Origin: Candidatus Poribacteria bacterium
GTDB taxonomy: Bacteria; Poribacteria; WGA-4E; WGA-3G
Reading direction: 5' to 3'
NCBI GenBank assembly: GCA_965205025.1
Contig: CBDBFU010000028.1
Coordinates: forward strand, 1 to 64,000
Length of the DNA: 64,000 bases
Under the pieces are notes generated by a model. The model did not search any database, had not been told where the DNA came from, and worked only from the letters and a program-made list of their open reading frames with translations. Shown here in pieces: positions 59,032 to 64,000 of this stretch. Every line of letters starts with the position of its first letter. The first letter of the stretch is position 1. The position numbers were made by a program, and so were the translations under genes.

Positions 59032-59823
59032 ATGAGTACAGACACTGTATCAGATGCCATTAATCCTTATGTATCACAGTTGCGTGAAGAAGGCTATTGT
59101 GTATTGGATGATGTAATTCCATCAGATGTTGTTGATTCAGTTCGTGAGGAGGTAGAAACCTCAGAAGCAGACTATAGTGCATTCAGTAAAGATAACGGAC
59201 ATTGGACACGTAATGTTATTAGTTTTATGCCTGGATTCGCTGAACATCTTGCGAATGAACGACTCCTCGCTGTTATCCGTGAATTACTCGGACCCCAGGT
59301 GCGTATCTCTCAAACTGAATATAAAATTCGTCCTCCTCATTATCAATTAGTACGTGCATATCATTCCGATTTTCCGTATGACTTGAACCAAAAATGGCAC
59401 ATTACACAACCCTTTCCAACTGCTGTAATTGGTATAACCACACTTTGGATGCTAACTGACTTCACAACCGAAAATGGGGGTACATGGATCGTTCCGAAAT
59501 CTCATGTAGACCTTCGAAATCCTCGAGGTAAAGAGGATGGTATCGGAGATCGTAACCCACTTGAAGGTGAACTGCAAGCTACTGGAAGTGCCGGTAGTGT
59601 GCTTATCATGGATAGTCGTATTTGGCATTCCAATGCTGAAAATCCAAGTGATGGACGCCGAACCGCGGTTGTTGTCAGATACGCTCCATGGTGGTTAAAT
59701 TTAGAACTTTTTGGTGTCAATACTGCGACTATCCCTGGTGATGTATTTGATAATATGTCCGATGATGTTAAACTACTCTATGAACATCGCGCTGAAGAAC
59801 ATGAACCTACTGTATGGGTTTAA
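59032..59823 (+). CDS. PhyH family dioxygenase
   Basis: 'EEGYCVLDDVI', 'YHSDFP', 'FTTENGGTWIVPKSH', 'DSRIWH'. Confidence 0.88.
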   Translation: MSTDTVSDAINPYVSQLREEGYCVLDDVIPSDVVDSVREEVETSEADYSAFSKDNGHWTRNVISFMPGFAEHLANERLLAVIRELLGPQVRISQTEYKIRPPHYQLVRAYHSDFPYDLNQKWHITQPFPTAVIGITTLWMLTDFTTENGGTWIVPKSHVDLRNPRGKEDGIGDRNPLEGELQATGSAGSVLIMDSRIWHSNAENPSDGRRTAVVVRYAPWWLNLELFGVNTATIPGDVFDNMSDDVKLLYEHRAEEHEPTVWV

Positions 59824-59856
59824 TTCCAAAACATTTTTCATTAAAGGAGATTACCA

Positions 59857-60285
59857 ATGTCAACAACACTTGTACATATCGGTGTTCGTACAACTAACCT
59901 CGAAAATAGCATCCGTTTCTGGCGCGACGCACTGGGTTTGAGTGTCTCTTCCACACATAAAGGATGCTACGACCTGACCGATGGATATCACAACTTTCGT
60001 GTCTTTCAACACAACGGACCTGACCGTCCAAAACATGTGGGAGGTATGTTAGACTATCTACATATCGGTGTCCGTGTACCTAATCTCCATGAAGCAGCTA
60101 AACGTTGTGAAGATCTCGGTTTTGAAATCACGTGGGAAGGTTTAGACGGTACGAAACCTTACGAGAAAGACACTAACGAATTGCCTTCTATAGCTTTTAA
60201 AGTTGAAGATCCTGATGGAATCGTCGTTGACATAACCGAACGTGATGATCAATGGCCCGGTGTTGATATTGAAAGCAAAGGTTAA
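59857..60285 (+). CDS. VOC/glyoxalase family protein
   Basis: 'HIGVRTTNLENSIRFW', 'HIGVRV', 'EDPDGIVV'. Confidence 0.85.
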   Translation: MSTTLVHIGVRTTNLENSIRFWRDALGLSVSSTHKGCYDLTDGYHNFRVFQHNGPDRPKHVGGMLDYLHIGVRVPNLHEAAKRCEDLGFEITWEGLDGTKPYEKDTNELPSIAFKVEDPDGIVVDITERDDQWPGVDIESKG

Positions 60286-60292
60286 ACTTCCT

Positions 60293-60323
60293 TTAGTGGC
60301 GCGGTGTCAAGACGCGCCACTAA
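60293..60323. terminator. GC-rich stem-loop between convergent genes
   Basis: TTAGTGGCGCG...CGCGCCACTAA. Confidence 0.55.
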
Positions 60324-60362
60324 TTCTACACTCAATCCTTCTATCTAACTTACCTTCAATTA

Positions 60363-61052
60363 TTATTCATCCCCTCCTAATAATCCTGATCGTATCAGAA
60401 AATAGAGTAAAGTTAGTAGACTTGTAACTGCTGCAGCCAGATAGGTTAGAAATGCAGCGTTAAGAACTTTACTTGCATGTCGCGTTTCATCAGGAGAAAG
60501 CATCCCAGCTTCATCCATTCCTATTTTTGCACGACGACTTGCATCCCACTCAACTGGCAGTGTGACAAGTGAAAAAACGACTGATACTGTAAAAAGTGCA
60601 ATACCTAAATATATTAACGGTTGAATGATAAAACCTACCATAAATAGGATATAAGAGAACATTGAACTGAAGTTTGTAGCTGGTACAAGAGCACTTCTAA
60701 GACTTAACATCCCATAATTCTGAGCATCTTGCATTGCATGTCCTGCTTCGTGGCATGCTACTCCTATTGCAGATAAGGAATTGCTTGAATACACATCATT
60801 GGATAAGCGAAGCACTTTATTCCGTGGATCGTAATGATCACTTAACCATCCATCTGAATGTTCAATTTTCACATTCCTAATACCATTCCTTTCTAACATG
60901 ATTGTTGCTGCTTGTGCACCTGTCATCCGCTTTTGTGGTCCAACCTGTGAATATTTCTTGAATGTGGATTTTGTCCGCCATGTAGCGTAAAAAGAGAGTA
61001 GAAGCCCCGGTGCTAAAATTATGAAATATAATGGGTCAAAGAAACCAAACAT
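60363..61052 (-). CDS. YugP-like neutral zinc metallopeptidase (membrane)
   Basis: 'LSDHYDP', 'VACHEAGHAMQ', 'TLPVEWDASRRA', 'AAFLTY'; GGAGG RBS before ATG 61052. Confidence 0.9.
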   Translation of the reverse strand: MFGFFDPLYFIILAPGLLLSFYATWRTKSTFKKYSQVGPQKRMTGAQAATIMLERNGIRNVKIEHSDGWLSDHYDPRNKVLRLSNDVYSSNSLSAIGVACHEAGHAMQDAQNYGMLSLRSALVPATNFSSMFSYILFMVGFIIQPLIYLGIALFTVSVVFSLVTLPVEWDASRRAKIGMDEAGMLSPDETRHASKVLNAAFLTYLAAAVTSLLTLLYFLIRSGLLGGDE

Positions 61053-61168
61053 AGTAAATACCTCCAATGTGTTTTTAACATTTCGTTTGTGTTTTTATTA
61101 TGTATAAATTATATGAATTTAGAGGTGAAAATTCAATGTGTTTATATATTCCTATTTTCTTGAGTTTG

Positions 61169-61300
61169 GAAAAAGTTACACTTTTTGTCACATCGTGTGA
61201 CATTCATTTTAGCCTAAATTATGGCTGTAAACCCAGTTATAGTATAGGTTTATAGTGATTTAAATTTAAGATTGTAAAATTTCTATTTTCTGTGTTTTTC
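61169..61300. repeat. Dispersed ~130-bp conserved non-coding element, copy 3
   Basis: GAAAAAGTTACACTTTTTGTCACATCGTGTGACATT, then GTAAACCC-N-GGTTTA. Confidence 0.65.
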
Positions 61301-61557
61301 TCTCTTTTTTAATTTTCAGAAAATCAATTACTGCACTCCGATTTTGAAATAAGAATAGATGAAAATACGATATAATGTTATCAATAATTATTCTAAAGTG
61401 CAATATAATTATTATTTGTAATTTATAGTATAACATATATAAAAAGAGTTGTCAAGAAAAATGTGATTTTATTTTTAACATGGACTTAAAAAAGTGAAAA
61501 TATGGAAATCTGTCTAATTCATGATAGAGACAACAATCGGATAAAATATTCAAACTA

Positions 61558-61702
61558 TAGTAAACTTTAGATTTAATTAGACACTTTACTTGTAGGAGCG
61601 ACCTCCTGGTCGCGACCGGGAGGTCGCTCCTACAGAAGAGGTGTGGGACGCGAACGTAAGTTGAGCCAATAGAAAATGTAGTATTCATTTTATTGTTTAC
61701 TA
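61558..61702 (-). mobile_element. 145-bp IS630-type MITE, copy 2 (reverse complement of 23567-23711)
   Basis: Appears identical by eye; TA on both sides. Confidence 0.88.
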
Positions 61703-61926
61703 TAAATTATCTCAACCAACATATTTTTCAATGAAAATAAAAATAATAAAGAAAATACTATCGTCGGTAATCATATATGACATGATGGTGATTATGCCCT
61801 AAGGTATTAGGTATAACAATACTACACATGTATTTGACATTAAATGACTGATTCGGTATTGATTTGAGGTTTCAGACAGCTTAACTGATAACTAAAAACT
61901 GTAAACGTATGCCATCCATGTTTTCT

Positions 61927-61955
61927 TTGACACATCATATTGGGTTTGATAAACT
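61927..61955 (+). promoter_or_regulatory. Putative sigma70 promoter
   Basis: TTGACA-17bp-TAAACT upstream of CDS 62022. Confidence 0.5.
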
Positions 61956-62021
61956 TGAGCATCAATGTAAGCATACTACGATGTAGTTGTTTATAATCCT
62001 GATTATAGGAGTACAGATATT

Positions 62022-63215
62022 TTGGAAATAACTGATGTCAAGACTATTCTGACTGCCCCAGATGGCATTCGACTCGTCGTTGTGAAGATAGAAACAAGTG
62101 AAGCCGGTTTATACGGTGTGGGGTGTGCAACATTTACACAACGACCCCTTGCCGTGGCAACCGCTGTTGATGAATACTTAAAACCTTTTCTTATTGGAAA
62201 AGATCCAACCAACATTGAGGACATATTCCAGACAAGTTTCGTGAGTTCTTACTGGAGAAATGGACCTGTATTAAACAATGCTCTCAGTGGTGTAGATATC
62301 GCATTGTGGGATATTATGGGAAAAAGAGCAGGAATGCCAGTCTACCAACTCCTTGGGGGTAAATGCCGAGAAGCGGCTACACTTTATGGACACGCTGGTG
62401 GTGGAACTTTTGAAGAGGTAGAAAATAGTGTGCGTCGGTATATGGAACAAGGGTATAGATATGTACGCGCACAGGTTGCTATCCCAGGATATACCACTTA
62501 TGGTGCAGGTGGTGGCAAGCGGAGTTCTCCAGCATTTGAACCTACTCCGTATGTCAACACTGTCATAAAACTATTCGATCATTTACGAAACACGTTAGGG
62601 GATGAAGTGGAACTGCTTCACGATGTCCATGAACGGATACCGCCAATTCAGGCAATCAATCTGGCAAAAGGTTTGGAACCGTATAATCTCTTTTTTCTTG
62701 AAGACCCTTTTGCTCCAGAAGATGTTGATTATTTCCAACTGATGCGCCAACAAACCAGTATCCCAATTGCAATGGGAGAACTTTTTAACAACCCAAATGA
62801 ATATACCCATCTTATTAAGGATAGACTGATTGATTTCATTCGTGTACATATTTCACAGATTGGTGGTATTAGTCCTGCGCGGAAACTTGCAGCCTTTTGT
62901 GAATTTTTTGGTGTCCGTACTGCATGGCACGGTCCGGGAGATGTCTCTCCGGTTGGTCATGCTGCGAATGTTGCATTAGATTTAGCATGTTATAATTTCG
63001 GTATTCAGGAACAGCATGTTTTCGGTGAAAATACAAAAGAGGTATTCCCCGGTTGTCCTGAAATACGCGATGGATGTTTTTGGGCAAATGAAGAACCAGG
63101 GCTCGGTATTGATGTAAACGAGGAATTGGCAGAACGATTCCCATTTCCTGAACACCCTCTCAATGGTAGTTGGGCACCAGTCCGTAGAATGGATGGAACA
63201 GTCATTCGTCCATAA
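62022..63215 (+). CDS. rspA: RspA-like D-mannonate/galactonate dehydratase (mandelate racemase/enolase superfamily)
   Basis: 'YWRNGP', 'YQLLGGKCR', 'LLHDVHER', 'FFLEDP', 'MGELF', 'WHGPGDVSPVG', 'FGIQE'. Confidence 0.8.
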   Translation: MEITDVKTILTAPDGIRLVVVKIETSEAGLYGVGCATFTQRPLAVATAVDEYLKPFLIGKDPTNIEDIFQTSFVSSYWRNGPVLNNALSGVDIALWDIMGKRAGMPVYQLLGGKCREAATLYGHAGGGTFEEVENSVRRYMEQGYRYVRAQVAIPGYTTYGAGGGKRSSPAFEPTPYVNTVIKLFDHLRNTLGDEVELLHDVHERIPPIQAINLAKGLEPYNLFFLEDPFAPEDVDYFQLMRQQTSIPIAMGELFNNPNEYTHLIKDRLIDFIRVHISQIGGISPARKLAAFCEFFGVRTAWHGPGDVSPVGHAANVALDLACYNFGIQEQHVFGENTKEVFPGCPEIRDGCFWANEEPGLGIDVNEELAERFPFPEHPLNGSWAPVRRMDGTVIRP

Positions 63216-63289
63216 ATAAATGTGTCTGACTACAGAATGGTTATGAATATCCCTGAAACTGATTGACGCTTATATAATGATGTGGTAGG

Positions 63290-64000
63290 ATGGAACAAAA
63301 CATGAACATACTTCGGTTGTTAAATTGACCTTTGTAAAACACTACCGTTATTGGCTTTCTGCCTGTTCGGGTATATTGCTATTTTGTAGTTTTCCTAATA
63401 TTAATTTCTATCCAATTGCATGGATTGCTTTAGTACCCTTATTAGTAGTCCTAAACAAAGTAGATAATTGGAAATCTGCATTTATATTTGGATATATTTC
63501 AGGACTTCTTTTCTTCGCAGGTTTATTATTTGCCATTGTCCTCTTGTATCCGTATGCAAATATCTTTGTAACCCTTCTTGGATATGTTCTTTTAGTTGCG
63601 TACACTGCAGTCTATTTTGGAATTTTTTCGGTAATAATTCATCATTTGCGGTGGAAGTCAGGAATTCTATACCCATTAGCAGCTGCCACAATATGGGTGT
63701 CATTAGAATGGGTTCGAGGTTGGTTGTTGACAGGATTTCCTTGGGGTTATTTAGGGTATACACAATGGAACAATCCTTCAGGCATTCAAATTGCTTCTAC
63801 AACAGGGGTATACGGTGTTAGTTTCCTCATCATATTTCTCAATGCGGGGATAGCATCAATTATCGTTCATCGAAATGAATGGAGAAAAGAGTTAACGACG
63901 GTAGGTATTCCCATTTTATTGACTATAGTATGTATTGGTTACGGTGTATTTGTTCTTAATAGAAATAAGCCTACTCCTAAGACTGATGTTAAAGTTGCGT
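63290..64000 (+). CDS. lnt: Apolipoprotein N-acyltransferase, runs off the window end; start uncertain (ATG 63290 with a 1-nt shift, or TTG 63325)
   Basis: Open frame from ~63292 encodes several TM helices and 'EWVRGWLLTGFPWGYLGYTQ....IQIASTTGVYGVSFLI'. Confidence 0.85.

Noticed and set aside
61452-61688. 78-aa ORF
   Set aside because: It lies largely within the 145-bp MITE.
63408-63821. ORFs 63408..63605, 63468..63821 and 63482..63763
   Set aside because: They are shadow frames of lnt, which the ORF track omits because it has no stop codon within the window.
1-64000. tRNA, rRNA, prophage or retron genes; numerous short antisense ORFs
   Set aside because: No cloverleaf, rRNA, phage structural or reverse-transcriptase motifs were recognised; the antisense ORFs overlap well-supported genes.

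Overview
AT-rich bacterial chromosomal window, most consistent with Candidatus Poribacteria. This is an inference from four PhyH-family dioxygenases, a sialidase, LamG/CBM9-like secreted proteins with a shared C-terminal 'V..xGKL..TWG.LK' tail, and many PIN/TA modules. Housekeeping and metabolic genes (aminotransferase, thiE, cvpA, ogt, Met/Cys gamma-lyase, RspA-like dehydratase, lnt, aapJQMP) are interleaved with accessory DNA. A ~12.8 kb defence island (type I R-M, RelE TA pair, AAA/DUF3696-PIN fusion, orphan Rpn C-terminal gene, aspartyl-protease pair) splits the aap ABC-transporter operon. A second accessory block carries a DUF2971 gene and a T5orf172/GIY-YIG + membrane coiled-coil + secreted VWA-like operon. 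The intergenic DNA holds a nested set of REP-like hairpins, 35-250 bp MITEs and ISs inserted into one another's hairpins; filled and empty sites can be compared within the window, including an IS4 flanked by a 20-bp duplication of a whole REP hairpin. About ten single-base frameshifts, mostly in homopolymers, may be sequencing errors rather than real pseudogenes. No rRNA, tRNA, CRISPR array or cas gene was recognised. All family assignments are by motif recognition, not database search.
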